Positions 35,721-48,080 of a stretch of 64,000 nt of DNA are shown piece by piece. Origin of the DNA: Lama guanicoe (lineage: Eukaryota); assembly GCA_013239625.1 (NCBI GenBank), contig MU053934.1, positions 10,579,003 through 10,643,002 on the forward strand, in the 5' to 3' direction. A model generated the notes under the pieces. It was not told the DNA's origin. It was given only the letters and a program-made list of their open reading frames with translations, and did no database searches. The position numbers and the translations under genes were made by a program. Every line of letters starts with the position of its first letter. Position 1 is the stretch's first letter.

Positions 35721-36420
35721 TCGTGTACATTAGGCTACTTTAATAAAATAGTTTGTATCCATTTACTTAAACCGACAAAGCTAGTTTACAAGGAAGATGC
35801 TGGGTCTGGTGCTGGGTGTTGAGTAGCAATGAGAGACAGTTTGTGAAGGGGGCTCTTTCCAGAGTGATGTTGACCTGAGATGGCCTGAGACCCCCGGGGA
35901 CGCCAAGTCCTGGGAGAGGTGAGGCCCCCCGAGGATGCTGTGGTCCTGCCATGCCCCAGCCTCGGTCACCTTCATGACAGAGCCCATCTTGATTTCAGCC
36001 TCCTCTGGAGCCAAGCTTGGCTGCAAGCTGGGGCTTTGACTCCGAATGCTATGACGTGCATTTTCACCCCCCGTTAGAGCTCTGCCGTCACGCCCAGCCT
36101 CAGCCCCAGCTCAGGGCCGGGTCAGCATTCTTGGCCGTTCCTTCCCTTTGGCCTGACTGCTGTCTCCTTGCCCCGGAAAGAGCAAACCCGCCAGCTCGCA
36201 GTCACCACGGGCAAACTCTCTGAAGACATCTAGAACTTAGGCCAGTGGGAAGGGCTAAGGGGCAGAGGGAGAGGGCTAAAAACTTGGGAGGTGGGCAGAG
36301 CTGTCACGTGGCCAATGGATGAGTCTCGTGTGGCCTTGAGGGACCAAAATACGACCGAGGTGGAATCTGTCTCGATGGAGGGACCCGTTTTCTACCTCTT
36401 GGGGCTGACCTTACATGGAA

Positions 36421-37695
36421 TGTTACAGTAAAGATAATTCACAATGCTTGTTTAAAAAGAGTAAGGCGGGGGGCCTAGCAATGGGGCTTTGAAGCGGGGG
36501 AGAGAGGCTGCGCTCAGCCCCAAATGCAGCAAGGAAAAGTGGGAATTTACAGCCAAGGAGCAGGATGTTGAGGTGGGGAGGGGTTGGTGGATGGAAAATT
36601 ACCAAGGGGAAACACTGGGGCTGAGGGGGACTCTGGCTAAACTAACATGGTGGGCTTCCTGTGGACAGCAGGCCAGGGCGGCCTGACACCACGTGGGGGT
36701 GCTGGAGCGGGGGAGCTGCGTCAGATGTGGAGGGATTGGTGGGAGACAGTAACAAGGGGGGCGGGGCTAACCCCGAGTGTGTCTGCCTTGCAGAAGTAGG
36801 CGGCCAGGCAGTGGGGGGCCCTGCAACGCCCGCTGCACGAGCTCACGGGAGGACCCGGAGCCTGAATTCCTGGCCCCCGGCTGCTCTCTTTACTGATGAT
36901 CCAGACAAAGAGGATGAGCTGAGGCCTCCCAGGTCTTCAGGTGGAAACAAAGAATAGTTCTCAGCAACTTAAGATTTTAAAAAGAATAGACGACTGTTAG
37001 CAGGGGGGAGAAGTAACCAGAGCAAAGAGTAAGCCAGTCGCAAAGACTCCCGGGTCTGTTTCAGAGGCAGAGCTCAGCCTGAAGCTGCGGCCGTTTGGCA
37101 GGACCCAGCCCTCCCTGAGCACTCAGCCAGCAGACTGAGGGGGCCTGGGGACGCCGACGCTCACGCTGCTGGCCCGCGTGCCCTCACCCAACTAGGTGCC
37201 TGGGTTTTGTCAGCCTGCAGTGAACTTTGCCTTATTTTGATGTGAAAATCCCATCCCCAGGGTGGGAATTGTCACCATTTTTGAACGTGCAATGTATGTC
37301 TGAGCAGGTTGTCACCTAGCACTCCACCTCTGCGTGGAAGGGCACACTCGCCCTTTCATGAACATGCATGCGCCCTTAGCTTACAACTCGTCTGATCCTG
37401 CTTTCCGGGGAGACGGCTCTCTGAGGGCTAGCTCCCTGTCTCCTTACCGGGTACAAGTAATAAACGCTTCTGCTCTGATAGAAAGTCCTTAGCGTGCTCA
37501 CTGACTGTGCACCCCAAGCGGCGGACCCATTCGTACTTGTAATCTGATCAGATGGTGAGGGCCCTGGCTAAGCCTAGCAGGGTTCCTTGTAAAGTTAGAC
37601 ATTGCAGAGACAAACACAGAAGCCAGAAGTCAGAGCCTGGCTGAGAAGAGTTCAGAAGAGCCTGATTTGAGTTTGCTCACAGAGAGACTCTGTCA
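36421..37695 (-). mobile_element. MER31-like ERV1 solo LTR split by a second LTR
   Basis: cagcaaggaaaagtgggaatttacagccaaggagcagg...ggatggaaaattac (left part) and gagcctgatttgagtttgctcacagagagactctgtca (right part); flanks GGAA/GGTA resemble a decayed 4-bp TSD. Confidence 0.8.
36748..37542 (+). mobile_element. ERV1-type solo LTR nested inside MER31
   Basis: Sits between the two MER31 halves; ccttaccgggtacaagtAATAAA (37459-37464) followed by a U5-like end ...caccccaagcggcggacccattcgtacttgtaa. Confidence 0.7.
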
Positions 37696-39519
37696 GGTAT
37701 GGGGCGCTCCTGGCTTCGGTGGGCTCCCCACCCCAGGGCAGCGGCAGGAGGACCCTGGATGGTTTGGCTGTGTGACCCCTGGGTCAGCATGAAAGCTGAA
37801 ACCTGACGTTTCTGAAATGAAATGGAGACCGACTTGAGCCCGACTGCACGCTCAGAAACTCTGCAAGCTGCTTCATCACCGAATTACTCCACCTCTAATC
37901 GCACACCGCGTCACAAACAGGCTCCTGGACGCTGGCCATCGGGGAAGCTCGTGTAATTTCACCGTCTGATGAAGATGATGTCTCGATGGGCTTTGCAGTC
38001 AGCTTTACTGAACATACGTTGGTGCTAAGTTTCTTTGAATATCACGTTTTCAGGTGCTTTCAGGGGCTGCTCCCACTGCAAGGCTCAGATCTGAATGTAA
38101 GCGGCGGAGACCCACTCCCAGGACGCCAGACGCGCTCTGGCGCCCCAGCTGAGTCCCTTTAGCTCCCTCGGGGCAGTGTTCTCACCGGGAAACATCAGCA
38201 AATAACTGGCTGCCTTGTGAGCTTGATTCAAAGTCATATATACCTGCAGCTCCTGGGTGCAGATAAGTGGGGGGTTACTGTCCAATCTTCCCGTCTGGGG
38301 AGAAGCCATGTGCCATATCCTTGACATCGGTGCAAAAACACTGCGGTGCCATGGTGACAAATCAATGCTTTGTGGACAGAGACTTCCACACCCTAAAATC
38401 ATTTCCTTCTGGGTCCTGGCACAAGAAAAATTACTTTGCGGGGAGACCTTAAAGGCTATTCAAAACCATATCAGTGTGAGAATAATCTTTGGGGATAATA
38501 TTTGCATGGGTCTTCATTATACGAGTAAAACCTACATTTAAGCCAACTTACCTACCGAGGTGTTTCCCTCCCGCTCGCCGCAGAAGAAGAAGGAGCCTCA
38601 GGGGAAGGGGGAATGCATCCGACTGGACCCTCCCTCGCTGGCCGTGTTTCACAGCAAGGGGGCCGTGTTTCACAGCAAGGGTCCCGCGATGAGCTTGCAA
38701 ACGGAGGAGGGGGGAGGTCGGGGCAGAGCTGGCAGGTCCTCAGGGTCAGAACAGGGAGGGCCCCCTCTTAGGGGCATGGGGAGCCCACGCAGCTGTGTGT
38801 CTGGGCACCGGGGCCCTCCTGGCCGTGCTTTGGAGGGTCCTGCGGCTGGGACGTGTGGAGGAGGGAGGTGAAGCCACCTGAAGGGTGAAGAAGGTGATGC
38901 AACCGAGCGGAAAGCGTGAGAGCGGATACGCGGTGAAGGGAAGCGCTGCTTCCGAACTTCATTCGCGCACGCGCACACGCACGGGTGCCGTCTGCGGGCC
39001 CAGCGACCGCCGCGGGACGTGAGGCGCGCTTCCTGCGCGACGTCGGGCGGCGCGTGGGTGACTGCTCTGAACTTCGGCTGCTCTTGGCCAAATGCAAGGC
39101 CACGAGAGCCCGGTGTGCACACGTCCTCCTGCCTGGAGTGGCCGCCAGCCTTTCTTCCCAGCGCTCCCTCGTGCGTCCGCCTTATCCCTTCGGTGCACAC
39201 TGGAATTCTGTTCATCTGTCGCCTCTTCAGCCGGGCTGTGGCTCGGGGACTGGGTTTCTCCTTCTGCTCCAGGTGCCCACTGAACGGAGCTGATGAGAGT
39301 CAACTGGGCCCTTCCCCAGCGGTTCTGTCCTTCGGTCTTCACATCATCACCTTACAGTCCTAGGTGAGAAAGGTGAGAAAAGAGCAGGTGACACTTTGTG
39401 GGTGGAGGGGGCAAGGGCAAGATCCAATAGGTAACAGAGAGAGGAGGCTTTCCGATGTAAGACCCGTAACTCGTGGCTGCCTGGTGGTTACCGCCGTGGC
39501 AGAAGTGGCCGCTCTGCCC

Positions 39520-39705
39520 CAGGGCGTCTCAGCCTTGGCGTGGGGACGTTGGGCCTGGCAAATCTCCCTGTGGGGCTGTCCTGGGCGCTGTGGTTTCTCC
39601 AGCAGCAACCCTGGCCTCCACCCACCAGACGCTCACAGCGCCCCTCCCTGGGGCAAGGTGTTACCACCGGATGTGCCCCAGCAGCTCTCTGACGGGGACC
39701 GCTGC
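39520..39705. mobile_element. MER20 hAT-Charlie relic
   Basis: ggggctgtcctgggcgctgtgg...agcagcaaccctggcctccacccaccagacgc matches the remembered MER20 consensus. Confidence 0.8.
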
Positions 39706-40059
39706 TCTGTGACAAGAATTTTGCAGAACTGTCACTTACAGAAATATACCTGCTGTAAGGAGCACTTTTGAAAGTTTTACTAGACTGTAGGCAAAGGTGT
39801 TTCTTTCGCCCCGTTCTCCAGTTCTCTTCCAGAAGGCAGCTCGGCTTCCTGCTTGCAGCCACAGAGGCGGTTTATGCCCACAGACACTCAGGGACACACA
39901 GCCACTGCATCTCTCTCTCTGCTGAAACAGAGCGTCTCAGTGTCTTTTCTCATGTGATGGTTTGTCTTGGAGATTTTTTCATATCAGGGCACACAGAGAG
40001 GGACAAACTCATGGCAAACAAGTATTCGTAACAACTGTGGGATTAAGAGTTTAACCCAC

Positions 40060-40185
40060 CAACCTATAATGGAAAAGCATATGAAAACGAATGTCCGTAC
40101 GTGTATGTATGACTGGAACACTGAGACTTCCTGCTGATCCCCAGAAACTGACACACTGCGACTGAGTAGCCTTCAACAAAAAAGG
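40060..40185 (+). mobile_element. Short camelid-type LINE-1 3' end
   Basis: aacctataatggaaaagcatatgaaaacgaat...gtatgactggaacac...ccagaaactgacacactgcgactga...ttcaacaaaaaa. Confidence 0.75.
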
Positions 40186-40419
40186 AGGAAAAGAGTGTGA
40201 CCTACCCCAAGTGGAGTGAAGTGTACTCGGAAGACTCTTCGGCGTCCTCGGAGCGCGGTGTAAGCTTTGCCCTCCTGGTAAAGTGCTGCGAAGGGTTACG
40301 TACGTGACGCCCTCCATGCGCAGGCACCGCTGGGTTCCCGGTGAGGTTTTCCTCCTGCTCCTGGGCTCTGTTTCTCCGTCTCCGACAGCGTTCCCCTGTA
40401 TTTTGCACTCAGGTTCCCT

Positions 40420-41500
40420 CCTCAAGTGAGATTGGTGTCTTCCTTCTTGAGTTTTATTTGTAAAGTTTCTGTTTCACTGCAATTCACCTTCACAAAGATA
40501 ATCTGGAATCTGGCTTCCCTTCTGCTCCCTCTGTTACACGTTAAGCAGCACCACAACGCCCTGCTTTAAGGAGCAGACAGGGTTCGTTCTTGAAGCTGCC
40601 TGGCCCTGGGGCCTCTGCGGGCGGCTTCTTTATGCCCTGAAGTCTTTCTGCTTGTATTGTCAATATTAAATATTACCTGTGGATTCCAACAGTACGGAAG
40701 TGAAACACGCTCTTTTTTTCTTTTTCTTCTTGCCTCTTTCTCTCCTCCCTCCCCTCGTCAGATGCTATTACTTCTCTGCTGTCACGTTGGATCGTATTTG
40801 CTTTCCATTATGTGGTCATAATTCCTACCCTTACTTTTGTCTTAAAACTGTAATGAAACAGCGTCACTTCTCACATCAGCCCTTCTGCAGTGGTTTTTCT
40901 CCTTTCTCGACAGAATTGTCTTCCTTGAATCCCTGAAGCGTCAAAAATATTTGTCTCTAGCTCAGACATCTGATTGAAAGTCTAGTTGAGGAAACAAAAA
41001 CCTATGCAGATTTTGTCGGCATGTTTCTTTATCTCCTACAACGGAATCTTCTTTTTTGGAGGCTGGTTAGAATTGTTTCTCCTTACAAGCGCCTTGATAC
41101 GCTATCCTGCGCGTTCCGCGGGCTCTCTGTGATGGCTGGCCTCCGCGGTGGCACCGGGCTTGCCCTAAGGCTCCCTTTCCTCCTGTGTGTGGCGAGGCTT
41201 TGCTCCTCACAGTCAAACGCTTTTATTTTGTAAAACTCTTCCTGTGTCCCTTTGGTTAGGTTCTGTTGACTGGGGGCACCCGTGATGCTCCCGCCAGGTC
41301 TTGCTTTAATCTTCATGTTTGTTATTTCCTCGTTAGTCATCTCGCGTTCTTTGCTCGGTTCGGTTTTATCCATTTTGTTCCCTTGGTGGTATCCTGGGTG
41401 CCTTCCTCCGGGAGTGTCTGTGTGCTGAGAAAGCCCTGCTTCCATGGCAGCGTCTGTCTGGTGACGGACACAACTTTTCCCTTGGACCTTCCTCTCCGAG
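40420..41500 (-). mobile_element. Very old L1/HAL1-like ORF1-region remnant
   Basis: T-rich plus strand with decayed antisense L1 ORF1-like text; no clean motif. Confidence 0.4.
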
Positions 41501-42149
41501 GCCGCCCAGCGGCGCCGTGTGCACTTCCCCGCGCTCGGCCCCCGGGGCGGCCAGAGTCTGCAGCCCCGGGCCGCGCTCCGCCGGCCTCACCCAGAGGGGC
41601 CGCTGGACCCATGGTGCTGGGCTGGCGAACGGCGCGCTCCCGGCCCAGCCGCCCTCTGCCCTGAGCTCTCCGTCCGTCCGTCCGTCTTTCCACAGGGCTC
41701 GGGCCGGCAACCCTCCGCTTGGATGCCTTTGTGATGACGGGTCACACCTGCACAGGCGGGGACGCCTGCAGGGCCGCCCGCCCGCTCTGCCTTGCCTGGG
41801 GCGCTCCTGGGCTTCGCACAGAAAGCTCCATGTTCCAGGACGGGCTCGGTCCTCGGCAAACTGGAAAGGTCGGTCGGCCTGGTGATGGATAAACTGTTCT
41901 TGGACGGAGACTCTGTAGGGAGAGGCTGGGATAGGTTCAGGTTCAGGGGAAAGCACTTCCTGTGTAAGGCTGTCTGGTCACGTGAGACCTGGGGCCGGGG
42001 AGTAAGGGGGCGCCTGCCCTTCCTTAGAGCTCCTCCCGCGTCGAAGCCCCATTTCCCATCTGCTTGTTCCTCTTCTAACTCCTCCTCTTCAGCTGGTGAA
42101 CTTTCTCTCTCTCTCTCTTTTTTTTTGGTGAGAAAACTAGTTTAAAATC

Positions 42150-42890
42150 AAAAAAACCTGAAGTACAGTTGATTTATAGTGCTGTGCCAGTTTCAGACGC
42201 ACAGCAAAGCGACTCAGTTACACAATCCATTCATGTGTACGGACGCGTTTCTTTTCAGATTCTTTCCACTCTAGGTTATGACAAGGAACTGAATACGGTT
42301 CCCTGTGCTCTGCGGTAGGTCCCTGGTGTTTATTTATTTTGTATGCAGCAGGGTGTGTATGTTAATCCCACACTCCTGACTTCTCCCTCCCCACTTTCTT
42401 TCCCCTTTGGTAACCATAGTTTGTTTTCTACATCTGTGAGTCTATTTCTGGTTTGCAAATAAGTTCATTTGTATCATTTTTTTTTAAAGTTCCACATATA
42501 AGTGACATCATATGATATTTGTCTTTCTCTGTCTGACTCACTTCACTTAATATGATAACCTCTAGGTCCTAGGTCCATCCGTGTCGTTGCAAATGGCATT
42601 ATTTCATTCTTCTTTTATGACTGAATAGCAGTGTGTGTGTGTGTGTACACACATCTTCTTTATCCAGTCATCTGTCGATGGACATTTAGATTGCTTCAGT
42701 GACTTGGCTACTGTAAATAGTGTTGCTGTGTACATTGGGGTGTGTGTATTTTTTTGAGTTAGAATTTTTCTCCAGATACATGCCCAAGAGTGGAATTGCT
42801 GGGTCATATGGTAAGTCTATTTTCCGTTTTTTAAAGAACCTCCATACTGTCCTCCTTAATGGCTGCACCAATTTACATTCCCACCAACAG
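42150..42890 (-). mobile_element. Artiodactyl LINE-1 3' part
   Basis: Minus-strand ORF2 C-terminus [34 protein letters not shown]; 3'UTR cccctttggtaaccatagtttgttttct. Confidence 0.92.
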
Positions 42891-43759
42891 GAAAATTAAT
42901 TTCTATAACATCAGTCTTCCTTCCTGAATTAACAGCATCTATATTTTTTGTACTTAAAATATGCCAGTTCTTATGACTCCAAGAGACATTTTTCTGAAGA
43001 TTTTGATATTTACTATGGTTTAAAAATTTTTTCTAATGTAGCTATAAAAAATCCTCACTTCTCCCCAGGGAACTGGCTGCCTCAGATTGAACACAAGGGA
43101 AGGCCAGCCAAAGGAGCGTGTCGGCCCATTTGGGAATCTTGGTTTGAGGTCTCTAAATTTCCCTCTTGTTCAAGCTTTTTAAAACCGAAGTGGGAAAGAC
43201 TTCACGATTGTGCTGGAGAAACCTCCCTTTCTCCGGGCCTCCCAGATCGCACAGAACCAAGCAGCCTCACACGGAAAGTGCTTTCCCATGAGCCAGCAAG
43301 GAGGGGTCAGGAAAAAGGTGGCCTGAGTGAAGGGGGAGGAGGTGGGCGTGCACCCTCAGGAGCCCGGCGGCCGCCTTGTAGGACAAGGCCACGGCGGAGG
43401 CGGTGATCCTGCAGATGGCGGCCGTGAGGATGGCGACTCTGGCGCTGAGGGTGTTGATGGCGACAGGGGTCCAATCCTAACCCTAACTTGTAGCCTTGAG
43501 TTGTACGTGTCTCCTCGGTGGAAGCCTTCACAGTGTGCAAAGTGTTTCTGAGACGTCAACAGCGGCGTGATGAAAGGCCTTCATTTGCGGCCCGATAAAG
43601 GCACCGACTCAAGAAAGCCACCTCCTACAGAAGTCTGACGTCCGGCCAGGAAAAGGCTGCAGGGGAGGCCAGACCTCCGCAAAGGCGACATGCTGTAAGC
43701 AGCCCTCCCGTTCGCTGCAGGGCACGGAGAGGCTCTGTGTCATCTTCGAATGTCCTAAC

Positions 43760-43960
43760 GTGGCTTAATTATAGGAGGGATTAACCTGCAGCTGGAGTCC
43801 CACCTCACTGCTAATGAGCAGGCAGCCATGAACCATCCTTTATAAATCAATATGCAAGGAATTACATATGATTGCCTGGCTGAGTTTGGCTCCGTGGCTA
43901 ATGAAACCATAAAACATGATTGATTAGAGGGATGTCTGCAAAAGCTTCATTAGTTTGTTT
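43760..43960. promoter_or_regulatory. Candidate developmental enhancer (homeodomain / Pbx-Hox motif cluster)
   Basis: CTAATGA twice, TCATTAG, TTAATTA, GGATTA, ATAAATCA, TGATTGAT and CCATAAAA within 200 bp of non-repeat DNA. Confidence 0.5.
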
Positions 43961-44429
43961 CCTTCTGTCGCCACCCATGGAGATGAAGGATCTGAGAAGC
44001 ACCACCCACATGACGCATTGTCTCAGGACCTTTGCTCTGGAGCCCTTCACCTCCAAGGTCCTACAGCACAGATCCGGGGGTCATCTCTGGTGTCCCCAGA
44101 GTGGCCCCCATCACGGATGAACGGGGCTTCTAAAACTCGTGTGTCTGAAAGCGTGTGAGATTTTGGAAGGAATGGCGAGGGGGGCCTCACACTCAGGAAC
44201 TCTGTAGAAGGTTTAGGGTGCAGCTGTATGAAAAAATACCCACTGTCTGCTGCAGGCGATCAGGAGAAAGCCGAGGACAGTTCTGCCAGTGTCGGCCCAG
44301 GAATTCATGGGCAACAGAATCCAAGGCCACTTCAAGTACTGTTTATTGAGTCTTCATCTTGGACCAGAAATGATGCCGTAAGAGAGTCCTTCTTGACAGC
44401 AGCCCTTGTAAGCCTATAATTCTAGCGTG

Positions 44430-44550
44430 AGCCCCATTTTCCAGGGAGGAAACTGCAGCTCAGAAAGATGAATTAACTCGCCTGAGCCGCCCTGTTCTTA
44501 AATGGCAGAGCCAGGATCTGAGTCTGGCCAGGCTGGTCCTGACGCGGGTG
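44430..44550 (-). mobile_element. MIR SINE
   Basis: ccccattttccagggaggaaactgcagctcagaaagatgaattaactcgcc. Confidence 0.8.
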
Positions 44551-45378
44551 CGCACCGCGCCGACGTGCGGCGTTCCCGGCTGCGCCGGAGGGGGAGCAGG
44601 GCCCGTGGGAGCTGTGTGTGCAGAGGGCCGGCTGCAGGCGGCCGGTGCGGTCGCATGGCGCCCGTCCTGACCCTCCCCGGCCCCGCCGCTGCAGGGCCCT
44701 CGGTGCGGACGGGCGGAGGAGCGCTGACCCGGAGACGCGGAGTGCTAACACCATGACGGAGAACCTCAGACGGCTGCCGCCCGGCGCCCACAGGCAGCGG
44801 GAGGCATCGCAGCTTCCGCGTCGCCGTCCCTGCTGCCTGCGGGAAGCAGCATCGGGAGACCGAGACCGTGGTGGTGAAAGCAGAGCGTCTGAGAGCCAGG
44901 GAGGCAACGCTGGGACGGAGGCCAGTCAACCCCGGGCTGGTGGAGCAAGTGTGGGGGTTCAGCTCCCTCGCAGAACAAGCAGCGTCCACAGGGCAAAAAT
45001 AAATGTGCAGATGAAGTAGAAGACACAGAAAAGACAGAAGAAACACAGGCATAATTATAAAAGGAAAGCCAGATGGGAACGTATGTGCTGGCCAAGCACT
45101 GCCCTTCCTGCGTGCGTAAGGCCGGGGACGTTCAAGGTCAAGGCTGTCTGACCAGCAGCAAGACGTGCCCTTACAGATTATAACCCAGCTCACGCCGGGA
45201 CGGCGACAGCGCCGCTCGCCCGCCGCTCCCAGCGCGTGAGCCTGGCAGCGGTGCGTTTCCAGGCGGGGATCCTGGGATGGAGCAGATTTAGTCTGCGAGG
45301 CTGTACTCAGGAGGGACGTGCGGGCCGCGTCCAGGGTAGCCCTCTCCGATGGCTGGTCACACGTGTAACCTGATACTG

Positions 45379-45595
45379 TGATCCTTTCTGCGTCTTCCTC
45401 CCACTCTGAAGGGCTTTAATGTAATCATATCGTATAATGATAGTGAACTTATAATAATATAATAATGATGATATAATGATTCTTTCTGACTTTCCCTCCC
45501 ATTCAAAAAGGCTTTAATATAATAATAATAAATATATTATAATAATAATATAACGATTCTTTCTGAGTCCCCGCCCCCTTCTAAAAGGCTTTCCT
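45379..45595. repeat. Three diverged 42-bp cores separated by (AAT)n-like spacers
   Basis: Cores at 45379-45420, 45477-45518 and 45554-45595 align without gaps. Confidence 0.85.
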
Positions 45596-47199
45596 CTTCA
45601 AGCATCTGTGCGGGCACAATCCTCTTGTTGCCACAGCGAGGGCCCGTCCCCCTGGTTGGACGTTTCCATCCGTGACGAATGAGGGACTGTCTTCTGGTTC
45701 AGCGCCAGCCCTCTGACTGCCCGCTTTATGCAAATGTTGATGGCGCTGCAGCCGTGTGTCTGGCTGACGATTCTTAGTTTATGACCCATTTTAACTGTGT
45801 TGTTATGATTGGTTTCTGGGAGTCGGGAGAACTGCTGGGTTTTAAGTCAGGAAATCAGATGCTCTTCAGGCCTCGGAAGGGTGGGGGTCTGGAGCTCAGG
45901 AGGGGAAGCCGTCCGCCAACAGCACCCTGGGGGCCCCTGGGTCACAGCGGGCCACGCTGTGGGACAAGGGCCTCCAGTGCCCAGACCGAGGCCCCAGAAG
46001 CTCGCCCTGAATGTGCTGCAGATTTGAGGTTGCCCGTCCCTGCACACCTGTCTCCACCAGGGAACCGTGGCGTCTGTGTCTTCCCAAACCTGACCTGAGG
46101 GTCTCCCCCCGGCAGACTCGTGGGGCTCCCAGCGTGCACAGGAGGGGACCGTGGGAGTGGGGTGGGGGCTCGGTGACAGAAACAGCGGGCACAGGCGGGA
46201 ACCCCTTGCCTTTGCACTGAGGAAGCGGGAACCAGGGAGTCACTGCTTGGTTTCCTAAGATGTCCCAAGGGTTGAAACCACTGCGCATCTGTGTGAAGGC
46301 ACAGAAGGCTGCAAACACACGTGTTCGCTGATTACTCATCACGACACTCGTCCCACTTGAGAAAAATCAAACCTGGCGTCGTCGGTGGTTGTAACTCACA
46401 ATGGTGTCCCGGGCCCTCACCGCCGTCCTCGTCGCCGAGGCCACACCACCGCCACCCACTCTGCTCCGTGTCGCCTGGGTGCTTTGTCCTGAGTCTCGAG
46501 GAGCCACTGGTTGTGATGGTCGTACCGATTGTTTTTACTGGGACGCCCACCCCCCAGCTGCTGCGATTAGGACGTGAACAGCCCCAGCTGCTCCTCTGTG
46601 CTGGCGAACTGCCCTCCGCTTACAGCAGCCGCCTCCCAGGAAGCAGGCTGTGAGGAGGAAATTCTGGCTGTGCGTCGCTCTCCAGTGGGCTGGCAGCGAG
46701 GATCCAGCACTGGGGAGGTGAAGCGCCGTTAGGCCCTGGCACGTGGGGCCTGCCAGCTGCAGGTCGTTCGCCTGTGTGAACAGGGATCCGAGGCAGGTGG
46801 AAGGATTCGCACCGACTCCTGTGACAGCTCTGCCTACCTCGGGGCCTGGATGGGGAGGCACGGGCTCTAGGACCCAATGGGAATCCAGGAGATGGAGTTA
46901 AGCACCTTGCTCCCCTGAGCCCTTGAGTCTGCAGAAGTGGCGCGCCTCCCTCTGTGGGAGACAGAGCAGAGTCCCACGGGGGTCTCAGCTCAGCACGGCC
47001 TTACACGGAGGGGCACCAGGCGAAATGCAGGATGCCAGGGACACCTGAGGCCCCAGTAAGCAATGGTACCTACGTAGTGTGAGTGAGTCCTGTCGTCAAA
47101 CGGCAGCATCTGTCCAGTCAGGGCTGGGGGAATAAGCAGTCTGCTCCAGGACGCTCGCAGCTCTTCCCGCTGCTGCTTCCACCACAGTCTGCTGTCATG

Positions 47200-48080
47200 G
47201 CCATCCCAGAAGCTCTGTTTGAGGCAAGTGGTCCTTTAAAAAATACGTAAAAATCAGTTCATTGTGGTAGGGAGCATGCATCTGATTACCTTGGAAGGCA
47301 TTTCTTGTGTGTTTTCTTTGGTAATTCTTACTTTTCCTTGTGTGAACTACCAGATCATCCTCCTGATTCATGGTGTAACTTGCGTGATTATTTTATTTTC
47401 TTGTTGGTTTTTAAAAGCACTTTATATATTGAGGACATTAACTGTCATATTATTATGACATCTTATTTTTGCTGTTTTTTCCGCCTAATTGTGTTTATAC
47501 TAATTTTGTAGCAATTTTTAAAATCTTCACACAGCTTAGCACATAAACTCTCTCTATAAATTTATTTGCTTTTTTTTTTCTCTTAAAGGTCTGGCCTACT
47601 TTACTCTGAGATGAGACACAAGATATCCTATGTGTTATTTTAAGTTTCATGATTTTAGTTTTTCCTGTTAAGCTTTTTAAACCATCTAAGTTTATCCTGG
47701 AGCATGCTATGAGGTGGAGGTTGGACTTTGTTGATACCGGAATGGTCACATATCACGTTTTCTTGGACACTTATCAAATCAGCCATCTCCATCCCTTGAG
47801 AGTCTGCATTTCCTGAGATCTACTTCTGGAGATTTTCCCCTCCTTTCTATGTCTGCCTCTGTCTCACCGCCATCTTGCTTTCCTTGTTTTAAATAATAAT
47901 ACAATAACATATTTGATGTGAAAAATCTTTTTCATTAGTTTCCTTTTTTTCTGCAATATTTATTGGCCATTCGTAGCAATTACTTTTTCTGAGTAAATGT
48001 GAGAATCTTCCAGTCCAGCTGTAGAAGTGTTCTGATGAGACTGTGACGAGGAGTGCCTCAGATGCACACGTGAACTTGGG
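47200..48080 (-). mobile_element. Old LINE-1 (L1ME-like) ORF2 remnant
   Basis: T-rich antisense L1 text; minus ORF CSRINLDGLKSL..KIMKL resembles KINSRWIKDL..IKLL. Confidence 0.65.

Noticed and set aside
37960..38000. Hammerhead ribozyme core CTGATGA (also at about 39290, 48032 and 63779)
   Set aside because: No stem II followed by GAAA and no closing stems.
43390..43470. Collagen-like GGGGDPADGGREDGDSGAEGVDGDRG peptide
   Set aside because: Better explained as a decayed (GAT/GGT)n repeat; no exon boundaries.
45379..45595. CRISPR array
   Set aside because: Mammalian DNA, diverged cores, low-complexity spacers of unequal length, no cas genes.
47005..47100. MER53-like DNA transposon relic
   Set aside because: Similarity is too weak to call by eye.
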